A DNA stretch of 64,000 nt from Tricharina praecox (lineage: Eukaryota): NCBI RefSeq assembly GCF_024521635.1, contig NW_026250417.1:1-64000 (forward strand). The letters are read 5' to 3'. The first letter of the stretch is position 1. Every line of letters starts with the position of its first letter. A model generated the notes under the pieces. It worked only from the letters and a program-made list of their open reading frames with translations, was not told the origin of the DNA and made no database searches. The position numbers were made by a program, and so were the translations under genes. Below are positions 25,186 through 38,900 of this stretch, piece by piece.

Positions 25186-25701
25186 CAGTGTTCGACGCAG
25201 TCCGGTCCGAACTGCAGTCCGGACTGGACGAACTGCCAAGATCTGGACCCGACCGGCCATTTGGACGGACTGCGTAAAAGTAGTCCGTCTAGTCCATGGA
25301 TTTCGTGGACGGAGTACGGACTACAGTCCGTCCTGGCCTCAAGTTTTTTGGACTAGTCGTCCAAATACCGCTCATGGACGGACTATCAAGATACAGTCCA
25401 GTCCGGTCCGAGGCTGAGGACGGACGGATCGGACTGCCAAGATCCAATCCCATCCGTGCCTTTTGGAGGACGGGATAAAAGTAGGTAGTCCGTCCCGTCC
25501 ACAGATTTGCTGGACGGGGTTGGACTGCAGTCCGTCCCATCCGACCTTACTGGTAGACTACTTAGTCCGTCCGACAGACACCTCCGGACGGACTGAATGT
25601 ATGTGGTCTAGTCCCGTCTATCAGTCCGGACGGACTGGACTGGACGGACTGGACTGGACGGACTGGACTGGACGGACTGGACTGGACTATGTTGAACGCA
25701 G
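25186..25701. mobile_element. Non-autonomous hAT-like element (516 bp)
   Basis: Imperfect TIRs CAGTGTTCGACGCAGTCCGGTCC / GGACTGGACTATGTTGAACGCAG (17 of 23 match), 8-bp TSD GGTAGGCA/GGTAGGTA, dense GGAC(T/G)/(A/C)GTCC repeats inside. Confidence 0.78.
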
Positions 25702-28700
25702 GGTAGGTATCCGGCTGCCTCGATGTCCCGTGCGGGTATCGGCCCTGACTTGTGCTGGCAGACCCTCGGTGCCGTGGTGCTTCTCGGCCTAAGAGCGGCT
25801 GGATCCGGCGACCGTTTCCTCCGGAGTAGGTAGGTGTCTCATGCCAAAAACGGGCTTCCGGCAGTTTCCTGGCCGAGGCCGTCCTCTGGAGACGGGCAAG
25901 AGATGCCGAAACGAATGTCGGTCGTTAACGGTACTTGTTGGTGTAGACCGATCACTCGGATTCGTGGTCGTCCACCAGCTTGGTCCCGCCGTCTGCGGTT
26001 GTCGTCGGCGGGTATACAGAGTATGTGACCGCTGGCCAGCCGTGGGCGTCAATCTCGATAGGTAGTTAATTCCCGCTTACCGAGCACCAAGATCGACTTC
26101 TTGGTTTGTATGTAGGGCATCGGTACAGCTCCGTATTCTGCCCAGTTTTCAACCCGAGTGTCGCGGGTAACGGGCCAGACGCCGCAGCCTCGGTCTCCCG
26201 CCGGGCATGCAACAGTAAATACGTTTTTACAGGCCTGCACATCCAGAGCTGGCCGAAAAGACAGTCAAAGAACCTGGAAATCTCTCTGCCTCCTCGCATC
26301 TCCGTCCGCCAAATACACGGTAGTAACAGGGTTTGTAAGCAGTCTGCGCTCGTTCGCTTGCCTCACCGCCGCCTCCTCAACTGCCTCCCTGTCCAGCCGA
26401 TCCAGGAAGGTCATCCCCCCACCTCCTCGAACCGCTCCACAGCTACTCGTTGCACATCGGGTGGCTCGCTTACTGCCTCCTGGTAGTCCGCCTCACTACG
26501 CACTGACCTGCCAACGTGTGGCGAAGGAACTTCAAGATCGCTGGGCAGCATCTTGGGTCTGTTTACGAGCAGTGGCCGCATCATCGTCCGAGAGAGGGAC
26601 TTGCTTTGTCATCCTCTGTTATCCACTCTCCTTCTCGCCACAACTTCTTCTGTTTTGCTCTACCCTGCCACAGGTTGGAAGGACTCCTGATGGTGATCAC
26701 AGGAACGATCGAGATGGGGAGAAGTAGGATTTTCGTGTTTAAGAGATGCAGGCACAAGAGAGAGAAAGAGAAAGAAAACCGAACTTGGAACCGCTACCGC
26801 ACCGAATGTTCCAGGCACCCACCACCTCCGAATGGCTAGTGGACTGCTCACAGTAACACATTCGTTTCCACACCGCAGTGCTTGAAGGGATAGTCTCGGG
26901 GTTGTGCTCCTCAGTCGGTGGACAATATGTCAGCAGTTGTCGTCCGGCCTGCTCATAGGCGAGTTTAGACGTGTGCCGGCCGGTATAAGCATGCGCTGAC
27001 TTCCGTCGGGAGTACCGGCACGCCGATGCCGAGCGCTTCCCCGCTCACGCTGGGAGTAGGTCCAGTCCGGCTTGCTGTTCTTCCACGATACCGGTAAGCA
27101 GCCATTGTTCAGCTGCCTACAAAATCCCGCATGGTGACCAAGCTTCGGGTCAAATATGCGACTGTCTGAGATGCGCCAGTGATACCGGGAACGGGACCGC
27201 GTCGGCGCCCGGACATGCTTGACAGCGTGGTGTGGCCATTCTTCTCTATGGTCATCCGGTTCGCAGGCCGCCAGGTCGGCTCGGCTTGGACATCCGCCGT
27301 ATAGTTGCCGGGAGAACTCTTATGTTTGCCAGGTGCCAAGGGATTTATTTCCACGCTCGGTTCCGGACTCCGGAGTGTGTCTAGGTATGCTTATCCTACC
27401 TACCTCGCTATGAAGTTACATGTTTGGTCCAGTCCGGATTTCTACGTGTCCCATCCGAGGAGGGCTGCCTGGACAGCGGCAGAGATGGGCACGTGGCCGA
27501 GTTTCTGGCACAAGTGTCGCGAGCCAACCAGCACTTTCGTCTCGTCCAATCGCGTCCAGCCGAGTGACATCGATGAAGAACCCGTGAGATCAGAAACCGG
27601 AAGTCCGGTCCGGATGACAGCAGCAGCTCGGATCGGATGGTTATCGCAAAAGCAATTAGTAAACTCGCCGAAGCAGCCTAAGAAGACGGAACTTTTTCGC
27701 GGTAACGGAACCCCGTTGCCGGCAGGCGCACGGGGCTTCTGCTCCAGCATTGAGGTACTTCGACCGAGTCGCGGTCAAAAGATATAGCGGCCTCCGATCG
27801 CGTACGCCTAAAGTCAGCTCATGGCTAGGTAATGGTGACTGCATACCGGTACCGGGCGCCGAAGGTATGTATCGACACGCGTATTCCTAAGCTGTGTCCA
27901 GGGACACAGATCGTTGATGAAGACATCGATGAACGCCTGCACGTAGCAGTACGTACCAGGTATTCGACACACTCGTATTCGTATCCCCGCAGTCCCAAAC
28001 TCTCACCCCCCGGCGATCTCTTAACTCCGCGACCTTCTTCAAAAATTGTTTGTTTTGAACCGACCGGCTGACGCCGTGCACGGGCCTGATCATGGATATT
28101 TATCTCCACACGTTTTGGGGGCCAAGTGCAGGCCGGATAACACGGCACGCGCTACCACGACTGCAACTGCTGGTGTGTGCGGCATCGTCCGGCGCCCGAC
28201 CCCGAGTCGTCTCGCGCTCTTGTGTGGAAACAGAACTGTAGATGAATGAATGTTCCACTTCGACCTAGGTTTGCGGTGATTCAAACATCACAGTGCGGCG
28301 ACAAATACTGGGGATTGCAAACTTGCATATATTCGTCGCTTGTGGATACAAACACGAACACGGGCGGTACAGCAGCCTTCACGCATATCGCTGCATAATT
28401 ACTTGCCTATGAATGTTCGAATCGAATTCACATCATCACTTCCAGCTCGGACTTTGTCGATTGAGCTGCGCGTGGCTGGAGCGGAGATAAGACATCGTGG
28501 ATCTACTCTATTCCACTTCTTGATCCTGGGATGCAAGTGCTTGTTTCGATCCCCGTTCAGGATCCTCCTGTCAAGAAGTTGGACAGCTGGCTGCCTGCCT
28601 TGTTGATGCCTTCTTCTGTGGAGCACTTAGAATGAACGGTACATAACCACTACATATATAACGTCATTCCTTCTCCCTTCAGGCCATCTGCCGTTTTCGC

Positions 28701-29151
28701 CCCCTCGATCGCGCTCCTCAAGCTCAGTCAGGCCCCATCTGTGTTCTGTGCAGACAGCGATCAAACGCTTGATCGACGACCCTCACAATCGCCAGCCAGC
28801 CGGCCAGGACTCTATTTATTTATTTTCCGGTTTCCAAATTTGATTCAGCCTCGGCTTAAATCCTCTAAACGCCGGATTGGAATTTGGAAGCAGAAGGAAG
28901 AGGTCGGACTTTGCCGGCAACAAAGATACACCGAATTCCGCGCCCGTCCCCATTGCCAGCCAGTACATAACATTACCACTCGGGAAAAAAAACTCTTTCT
29001 TCTCTCACGTGGTGGTGGTGCTTTCTTCTATCCCGTTCACCTTTCTTGACTACTACATACCCGTTATTGATTGCATTGCTCTTCGGGGAAAGAAAGAAAA
29101 TATCTTGTTCCTTCCATTGTTTTGCCCTTCACTCCATCTCCGTAACCGCAT

Positions 29152-32100
29152 ATGGCAGCAGTGGAACCGCTCTCAGCGGAGGCTGGCGCCACCCTGACGA
29201 CGACCGCGGCGACGACGACACACACATCCGCCCCGACACGTGTAGCACCACCACCATCACCGGTCGACTACGACGAGAAGCCATCGGCGACATCACCGAC
29301 GCGGCGCGGCTCCTCTGGTTCATCGTTCAGCGACAAACCCGATCCCGAGAAGGGCGGCGGCAGCGGCGGCGCGCGAAATGGGAAGAATGGCCTGCCGTGG
29401 AGGAGGTACGGCTCGTACAATCCGCTGAGATGGAGCGATCCCCCACCGGTGCCGCCAGAGAGGGCTATCAGTCAGGAGGCGGACGCGAGTCTGTGGAGTC
29501 GCGCGACGTTCATGTGGATGGGCGATCTGATGAAGGTTCGCATAATCTCTGCTTAGCTATATGTTGAAGTGCCCATAGTGCTGTGCACATATACCCTCCC
29601 CCCCTCTGTCTTACCCACCCCGCCGGTCATGCCCCTCTCCCCATTCCGTACCATCTCCGACCCAATCCTCCATTCCCCGCGGTTTCACCGAACGATGAGG
29701 TCGGTACCGAGGGCGCGGACGGAGGATTCATTGGATTCGTTTTATCCGAGCGGGATGTAGAGTGCTGACGCCCCGCCAAATCAACAGACAGGATACCTGC
29801 GACCCCTGGAGCCCACCGACATCCCGCTCGTCGCGCCGCGCCGATCGGCAACAATCATCACCGAGAAGCTGCAAAGCGCGTTTAAGCGGCGCCAAGAGAA
29901 GGGCGACAAGTACCCGCTGCTGTGGGCGCTCAACGAGATCTTCTTCTGGGAGTTCTGGTTCTCGGGCGTGTGCCGCCTCATCGCCGATATCCTGCTCGTC
30001 ATCAACCCGTTCATCCTGAAATACCTGATCCGCTTCGCCGTCGACGCGTATAATGCGTCCAAACATGGCACCCCCGGACCGAGTGTGGGCAAGGGTGTCG
30101 GCCTCGCTGTCGGAATCGCGTGCATACAGCTGGTCGTCTGCGTCGGTGTTTCGCAGTTCATCTACAACTCGATGATGGTCGGAGGGCAGGCACGAAGCGG
30201 CATCATCGGCATGATTTTCGACAAGTCGTTGAAGATCTCGGGCAGGGCTAAGGCGGGTGGAGATGCGGCGACCGCGTTCACCATGGCTACGGCAAGGCAG
30301 CAAGGGAAGGAGGACAAGAACGGGAAGAAGACGAAGGAGAAGAAGGAAAAGGAGGAGGAAGTGGGCTGGTCCAACGGACGTGTGGTGAACCTGATGGGAA
30401 CGGACTCGTATCGTGTCGACCAGGCGGCTGGATGGTTCCATATCATCTGGACGGCACCGGTGCAGATTATCCTGTCGCTGATTCTGCTCCTCATCAACTT
30501 GGGATACTCCGCTCTTGCCGGTTTTGGGCTGTTGGTCATTGGAATACCGATTCTTTCGTGGGTGGTGAAGATCCTCGCGCGCAAGCGCAAGACCATGAAC
30601 AAGATCACCGACAAGCGAGTCGCCCTGACACAGGAGATCCTGACCGGCGTGCGGTTCGTCAAGTACTTTGGATGGGAGGAGAGTTTCCTCTCGCGCTTGC
30701 AGGATCTGCGGAACGAAGAGATCAGTGCAGTGCAGTTCTTGCTCGGTGTCCGAAGTGGTGTCAACGCCGTCGGAATGTCGCTGCCGATTTTTGCGTCCAT
30801 GCTCGCCTTTGTTACCTACTCGTTGACCGACAATAGTCTGGATCCCGCCTCCGTCTTCTCGTCGCTAGCACTGTTCAACGCCCTCCGAATGCCACTCAAT
30901 ATGCTTCCCCTCGTCATCTCGCAAACTATCGATGCGTGGGTATCCATGTCGCGGCTTCAGGATTATCTTCTCGCCGAGGAGACTACTGACCGAGTCGTAC
31001 ATGACGAAGAATTGGAAGCGGCCATCCAAGTAGACAACGCCAGTTTCACTTGGGAACAGACAATGCCGGAGTCGGAGAAAAAGAAGTCCAAATCGTCGCG
31101 GAAACAGAGGAAGCTGGATGCTGCTACTGCCGCCACTGCGGCTGCCGAGAAGGAGCAAAATCCGGACGTACCTGGTAACACCACCCCAGTCTCACCGTTC
31201 CATCTTGACGCCATCAACCTCTCCGTGTCTCGCCACGAACTCCTGGCCGTCGTTGGATCCGTCGGATGCGGCAAGAGCTCGCTCCTAGCAGCTCTGGCCG
31301 GTGATATGCGCAAGACGGAAGGAAGCATCAAAATGTCGGCAAAGCTCGCATACTGTCCACAGTACGCGTGGATCCAGAACGCCACCGTCCGTGAGAACAT
31401 CGTCTTCGGCAAGGAATTCGACCCGGAATGGTATGCGGCGGTTGTGGAGGCTTGTGCGCTCGAAAGGGACTTAGACATGTTGCCGGACGGAGACAGGACC
31501 GAGATCGGAGAGCGGGGTATTACCGTGTCTGGTGGACAGAAGCAGAGGCTCAACATCGCCCGTGCCATCTATTTCAATGCCGATATCGTGCTGATGGATG
31601 ACCCGCTCTCTGCCGTCGATGCGCACGTCGGAAAGCACCTGTTTGATAAGGCCATTTGTGGGCTGCTGAAGGATAAATGCAGGATCTTAGCTACACATCA
31701 GCTTCACGTACTCGACAAGGTGGACAGAGTGGTGTGGATGGAGGAGGGCAGGATCCAAGCTACCGGCACCTACACTGAGCTTATGCAGAACAATCTGGGC
31801 TTCGCCGAGATGATGAAGGAGATCGCGACGGAGAAGAAGGAAGAGGAGAAGCTCAACAAAACTGCCGATGGTGATGAGATCTTGGAGGAAGCGGTTGATG
31901 TGGAGGAGGAGGAAGCGGCCGTATTGACGAGGAAGAAGACTCCTGCCGCAGCAGCAGCAGCATTAATGCAGACCGAGGAACGAGCGGTCGCCAGTGTTTC
32001 ATGGAAGGTCTATGAGGCTTATATCAAAGCTTCCGGCACGATACTCATCGCTCCCGCCATTGTCATTTTGCTGGTCGTTATGCAGGCGTCTAATATCTGG

Positions 32101-33832
32101 ACGACGCTTTGGCTGGGATACTGGACGAGCGATCACTACAACCTCTCGAACGGTGCCTATGTTGGTTTGCCCATTCCCATGGTTTCCATTCACGTATATT
32201 AATCGGTGCCTACACAGATCGGAATCTTTGCCGCTCTCGGTACTATCCAGTCCATCCTGATGTTCGTTTTCGCATTCGGTCTCACAATCGCGGGTACCAA
32301 ATCCAGCCGTGTTCTCTTGCAGAAGGCCATGAAGTCGACTCTGCGCGCCCCGATGTATGTCTCCCGTAATTCACTTCACTCACACCTGCTGACCCTTCCG
32401 CAGGAGCTTTTTTGACACGACACCTATTGGCCGCATCGTCAACCGCTTCTCTAAGGACGTGGATGTGATGGACAACATGCTGACGGACGCCATCCGCATG
32501 TACTTTCTCACTTTGGCCATCATCTCATCGGTCTTCGTCCTGATCATCGTCTACTTCTACTACTTTGCCATCGCGCTTTTCCCCCTCTCGCTCATATTCC
32601 TCTTTGCCGCCTCTTACTACCGTTCCTCAGCACGCGAAGTCAAGCGTCATGAAGCAGTCTTACGTTCCCATGTATTCGCCAAATTCGGCGAATCCCTCAC
32701 TGGAGTAGCATCGATCCGCGCGTACGGTCTCGAGGACCGGTTCAAGAACGTGCTGCACAAGGCGGTGGATGAGATGAATGGCGCGTACTTCATTACCTTC
32801 GCCAACCAGCGCTGGCTCTCGACCCGTCTCGACGTGATCGGAATTCTACTCGTATTCACCACCGCGATTCTAGTTGTCACCTCGCGCTTCAGCGTCCATC
32901 CATCTATCGCCGGTGTCGTGCTCAGCTACATCCTCATGATCGTCATGATGCTGCAGTGGATGATCCGGCAGTTGGCGGAGGTAGAGAACGCGATGAATGC
33001 GACTGAGCGCATTCATTTCTATGGCACATCACTGCCCGAGGAGGCGCCGCTACGCACAAACGCACAAGTGCCACTTTCGTGGCCGGAAAAGGGCACGGTG
33101 GAATTCAAGAGAGTGGGCATGCGTTACCGACCCGGACTCCCGCTGGTCCTGAAGGACCTGAATCTCACGATCCCGGGCGGCAGCCGAGTAGGAGTCGTTG
33201 GCCGCACCGGTGCCGGAAAGAGCTCCATCACCTCCGCGCTCTTCCGCCTAGTCGAACTGGCGGAAGGTAGCATCACCATCGACGGCGTCGACATCTCCAC
33301 CCTCGGGCTGGCCCTGCTCCGCAGCAAACTCGCCATCATCCCCCAAGATCCCACACTCTTCCGCGGTACGATCCGTAGCAATCTCGATCCCTTCCATACC
33401 TACAAGGATGAGGAGCTGTACGCCGCCTTGCGATCGAGCTCCCTCGATTCTACGGTCACCTTGGAATCGATGGTCGACGAGGAAGGGTATAACTTTTCGC
33501 TCGGACAGAGACAGCAGATTGCGCTTGCGCGCGCGTTGGTCAGGAATAGTCGTGTGGTCGTCGCGGACGAGGCGACGAGTAGTGTTGATGTTGAGACGGA
33601 TCGGATTATTCAGAAGAGTATGAAGGAGGGGTTCGAGGGAAGGACGCTGGTGTGTGTCGCCCACAGGTTACGGACAGTGGTGGGATACGACATGATTGTC
33701 GTCATGGAGGCGGGTCAGGTTGTTGAGGTGGGCCCGCCAGGAGAGCTGTGGAGACGCGGAGGCGTCTGGAGGGGAATGTGTGATCGTAGTGGCATCTCTG
33801 AGGCGGATTTTGAGTTTGCGAAGGAGGAGTAG
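29152..33832 (+). CDS. ABCC/MRP-family ABC exporter, YOR1-like, ~1440 aa; exons 29152-29535, 29788-32160, 32218-32354, 32404-33832
   Basis: TMD-NBD-TMD-NBD; NBD1 GSVGCGKS, VSGGQ, LMDD; NBD2 GRTGAGKS, FSLGQ, VADE; spliced APMSFFDTTPIGRIVNRFSKD motif. Confidence 0.95.
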
Positions 33833-34327
33833 AGGGAGTGGTGGACTGTATATAGGTGATTGACGTGATGGCCACGACGTGAGATGGTTATGGCGGCTGG
33901 GTTTTGATTGTTTGGGTTTTATTTCTGTTTGGCGGGAAAACTTCTATAGACGAACGGTTGTGGTCTCAAGATGAGATGATCAGATGATGAGATGAAAGTA
34001 CCTATACATGTACTCATTTCTACTAATATATACCTTATGATGCTGTAAGAGACTATGACTTGCTTGAGATGTCAATGAACGCAATTGCTGAGGTTTCGTG
34101 TTGGTTTGACTGAATCGTGGATGGTTCAATTTGAAAATCCCAGTACCTGCAAATATGTCCATTTTCGGGAAACCGAGTGCTGTGGTGTGCACCTATTCCG
34201 GGCTTTCATCTCCCACCACAACCACACCCTTCATTCTGACAACATCAAGCCAACACGACCTGTTGGCTCCCCACAACCTTTTACCTCCCCACAACCACCT
34301 TCCTCCCTTCACGCAACATCTTACCCC

Positions 34328-34764
34328 ATGGCTCCCAGGATGCAATTCTTCGGCCTTCTGCCATGCGTCTCCACCCGGCCCATGAGCTTCTACCACACGC
34401 AAACCATCGGTACTTTCCCGCTGCGCTCCCCCACTTGTCTCGCACACCCGCTAACTCCGCAACAGCAAACTTCGAGTACCTCTACCCGGAGCTGCACTCG
34501 CTGCACATCGTCATCGCGCCGCGGACGATCTATATCATGAGCGTTGTCGAGGACGATCGGCAGGTGGTGGTGCTTCAGCGCGGCTACTGGGGCGCCCTCC
34601 CCGGCGCCGCTGAGTGGACGCTCAAGAATATCTACAGACAGAGCGTCAAGGAGGTCGTCAAGGAGCTGGGAAGGAGGAGGGAGGTGGAGCTCGAGCAGGG
34701 TCGGAGGCGCTGGGTCGATGATGTGGTGAAGGGAGGGGTGGGAAGGTGGGATGAGAAAATGTAA
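34328..34764 (+). CDS. Small hypothetical protein, ~126 aa; exons 34328-34409, 34466-34764
   Basis: 56-nt intron GTACTT...GCTAAC...CAG joins two frames in phase; GC3-rich codons in exon 2; GT-rich 3' flank like neighbouring genes. Confidence 0.65.
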
Positions 34765-35953
34765 TCAGCTGCCATTGTGCTGGGGAGGGTTGGGGGATGG
34801 GTTTGTGATGAGTTAAAAGTTTGTGTTTGGGTCCGATGGACATTTGTTTGTGACTTTTGTGCCGCATGTTCGCTTTGTTGTTGATGTTGTTGTGTTGGGT
34901 CGGTGGAGCACCGGCCGATCAAATGGGTTCATACCGTGTCGATAGGATAGTGCTGCATTGTGCGAAATGAAATGCTTGTTTGAGTTGTCGTTGAGGGAGC
35001 GAGTGGGCATAAGTAAGTGGTTGGTTGGTGTCGACATGTCTCCACCGCCGCCGTGATCTCGCGCGGGTGTTGGCTGCGATCACTCGTCGTATGTAATCTG
35101 ATCATCTCATTGATTCTACCCAATATCCCCACTGTCCTTTACTGACCGCGTCTTCTGCATCAACTCGCGAATGTGCAGCATTCAATGCGCCAGCTACTGA
35201 TGATCCTCGACCCGGTTCTATCAGGCACAGTCAGTGACGGGATACTATGTACTACTACCACCTACCTAATATCACCCCTCCATCTAGGTTGCTGGGGCCT
35301 AGCAACGAGCCTACGATAACAGGGGTGCGTCGCGACGACCTCGAAAAGGATAAAATTGAAATCATTGAGGATGCAGTTGATGCGATAAATTTGAAAAAAG
35401 GAAAGAAGAAAAAACAGCTCCCGAGGCCCTAAGCCTCCTCCTTGCCTTCCACACCCTCCTGCTCCTTTCCGCCTTCCATGTGGTTTTCGTGTCCCTCCTC
35501 GTCAACACCCTCCTCCTCCTGGCCCTCCTCTCTCTTCTCGACCTCCTCCTTAATTTCCATCAGATCCGTCTCCTAGTCGCCTCCCTTGCGGTCCGTATTG
35601 CCCTCCATCTCCTCGCCTGCATCGTCGGTAGCGCCGGTGCCGGCTTCGTCTCGGTATAGTAGAGTGGCCCATCAACAGTAATGCTAGGTATTTCAAGTGC
35701 TCCCAGCAGTGAGTCCTACTTGTATCACCCGCTGAATGCCCTCGGACCGGCAAGGTATCCTCACGGATGCCCACGCATAATTGATCGAGGTTTCTCTCCT
35801 CATAGCGGTACATAGGTACATAGAAGACAAATTGGGGCCATGAATATCCCTTTTGGCGTCGTTCCAACTTCCTCACCGCCACCCTAACCCTTTCTCTCCG
35901 CCTTCCCTCACCCTTTCTCTCGGTCTCCCCTCACCCTTCCTCGCCGGCTTCCC

Positions 35954-38900
35954 TCACCCTTCCTCTCCGCTTCCCCTCACCCTTCTTCTCCGCTTCCCCT
36001 CACTCTTCACCTCCACCTCCCCTGACCCTCCCCGACCGCCTTCCCTTCTATCCGATCGATGTGGGCCTCTCAACCGCCCTCCACGCAGATCCATCATCTT
36101 TGCGACCAATGCGTACATCCATCTTAGAAGTCTTAGTATACCTCGGCATACCCACTGGAACCACTCTAGAACCTTGTGATAATATCCCTGCTCTCGAAAA
36201 GCTAAGGCCATGTTGTTGACCGTGGCGAGGGTGGCGAGAGTGTGGGGGTGGTCTTTTCCGAGGGCCTTCTCATAGCCGTCAAGTGCACGCTGGAACCACT
36301 CCAACGCCTTGTGATATTCCCCCTGTTGATGAAAAGTGTTGGCCATGTTGTTGACGGTGTTGAGTGTGTCGGGGTGGTCTTTTCCGAGGGCCTTCTCATA
36401 GCCGTCTAGTGCCCGCTGGTACAACTCCAGCGATTTTTGATAATCCCCCTGTTGATGAAAAGTGTTGGCCATGTTGTGGACGGTGGCGAGGGTGTCGGGG
36501 TGGTCTTTTCCGAGGGCCTTCTCACGGCCGTCAAGTGCACGCTGGAACCACTCCAACGCCTTGTGATAATCTCCTTGCCCCAGAAAGGTGTTGGCCATGG
36601 TGTGGACGGTGTGGAGAGTGTCGGGGTGGTCTTTTCCGAGGGCCTTCTCACGGCCGTCAAGTGCACGCTGGAGCCACTCCAACGCCTTGTGATAATCCCC
36701 CTGTTGATGAAAAGTGTTGGCCATGTTGTGGACGGTGGCGAGGGTGTAGTGGTGATCTTTTCCGAGGGCCTTCTCACGGCCGTCAAGTGCACGCTGGAAC
36801 CACTCCAACGCCTTGTGATAATCTCCCTGATTGTCATAAGTGATGGCAATGCTGTGGACGGTGGCGAGAGTGTCGGGGTGGTCTTTTCCGAGGGCCTTCT
36901 CACAGCCATCAAGCGCCTGCTGAAACAACGTCAAAGCACCTGCGGCATCCCTGTTGTTCGTTACTAGAAAACTCCCTAAACAATACGGTAGCCCCATGCT
37001 TGAATGAAACTTCTTGTGGGAACCACTGTTCGAGGTGTGCAGCAGTACGGTAATTGCATGTACTTCTAGCAGCGAACACTGGTTGTGATTTCCGCGCATG
37101 TCCTGCGGGAAACTATCGTACAACAAGCCACAAAGCGTCTCTAGAAGCTCATCTCTCCGTTGTGGGATTTCCGCTATCTCTCTCCGGATACATAATCCCA
37201 CAAGACGATGCAAGCGGAATTTTGAAGATTTGAGACGGTCAATTAGGGAGAAGGCTAGGAGCGGTGCAAAGGCCGCACTGAACTGTACGTCACTTTTGTC
37301 GGATAGGACGCCTCTCAGTAATCCTTTTGGTATGTCGTCCGGGCTCAGGAAGCTCATGATTTCCAGTAGTCGCACAGAATCAGGGCTTTGGTTCCGGATC
37401 TTTCCAACGGTGAGTTTCCAGGTAGTCATCACCGCACGCGAACAATGCCTCCGACTGTCTTCATCCTGCACTGGCAAAGCCTTGCTTAAAAGCTCCTCTT
37501 GGTTGTTCTCACATTCTTTGAACATCTTCATGTAGGTTGAGATTTCCACCCCCGTCTCTCGTATATACGCTGCCGCTTGCGTGATCGCCAAAGGTAGGTG
37601 GTCCAACTGATTCAGGAGCTCGATGGTATCTTTCGAAACGGCCGCTTCGTCGGTAGGCGAAAGATTTGTGAACAATCTCAATGCTTCGGCATCACTCATT
37701 GCCCTAATGTGCATTGCCGCGGCACGCGGCACAAAGTTTCCAACGATGGTGCCGTCGCGTGTCGTGTATAGAATTGCACCCCGCTTTACCGGGAGGTATT
37801 TCGCTAGACGCAAGTCGGGTTCGTCGTGGTTGGCCAAATGGTCTAAATTGTCGAAATTGTCGACGATTAGAATCCAGTCACCACTGGTAGCGCTGTCCAA
37901 CCATTTCTTGACCTGCTTCAAACGGTCTTCCTCCAAGTCGATGCCATCAATAATAATATTGGCTTCCCGGACAACCTCCAAATAGCTGCTCTTGAAGTTT
38001 TGGTACGAGTCCCCGAGCACCCAGAAAATGTGACCGTCTGGCTTCGCTTTCTGCCTTCGGTGACAAAACTCGATCGCAATAGTCGTTTTCCTGGACCATG
38101 TTAAACACACTCAACAAAATTACGCGGAACGTGGAGCCTTACCCATTTCCTCCGAGTCCATACAATGCGGCCCGCTGTTGGCTTTCGCTATCGGGAGGTA
38201 GCAGTGACTCGAGCCGGTTTAATGTCTCCTCTCTCCCGACGAAATCTGGATTCTTCCTCGAGGGCACCATGAATATAGGCGACATACCCGAGTTGAAGCC
38301 TAAAGGCCTGATTAGCATGGAACTATATGTGCCTAAATCAACCAAGTGGCCTTTCGGAATGACATCGTGCGCAGACCCCGATACAAAGAGACTCGCGAAA
38401 GAAAGATTGCCGCGGCGGCAAAGGTAGGCGAGGCCTAAGCCACCACCTGGACCTCCTTAAGGCCCGGATGACAGACTTGGATTGAAACAGGAACAAGCCA
38501 TTTAAAAATATACATTCAACAGTGGAAAAGCGGGGTACAGGGGGGCATGGTAGTGAAAGTGATATAACCTACCTAAATTATCCCGACCTTCTTTGATCGG
38601 AGCAAGGCCAGATTGTGGGGCATAGTTGTGAATCTGAACCGTATCTCCTACGAAGAAACAGCGTGCGTCAGCTAAAGTCTTGTAGTTACCATCGCAGCAC
38701 GGAATAGATTGGCGAACCTATATTTACGTGGCCTGTGAAATTTGAGTCCTGGAATTCGTTGTGCCGTGATTTCGTATACCCGCGAGAGCTGTCCGTGGTG
38801 CTATTTCCGATTGAAATCGTCGTGCTGGAGCTGCTGACGATGTGACTGATGCTTCGAATAGTTGCACCTTGTGAGGTGCCTGTCGCAATGCTGAGGTTAT

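Noticed and set aside
25800..28620. Patchy coding-like minus-strand sequence (possible decayed gene, faint ankyrin-like words)
   Set aside because: No continuous frame or identifiable motif; needs BLASTX
35882..35890. CCCTAACCC telomere-like word (also near 45023)
   Set aside because: Single units only
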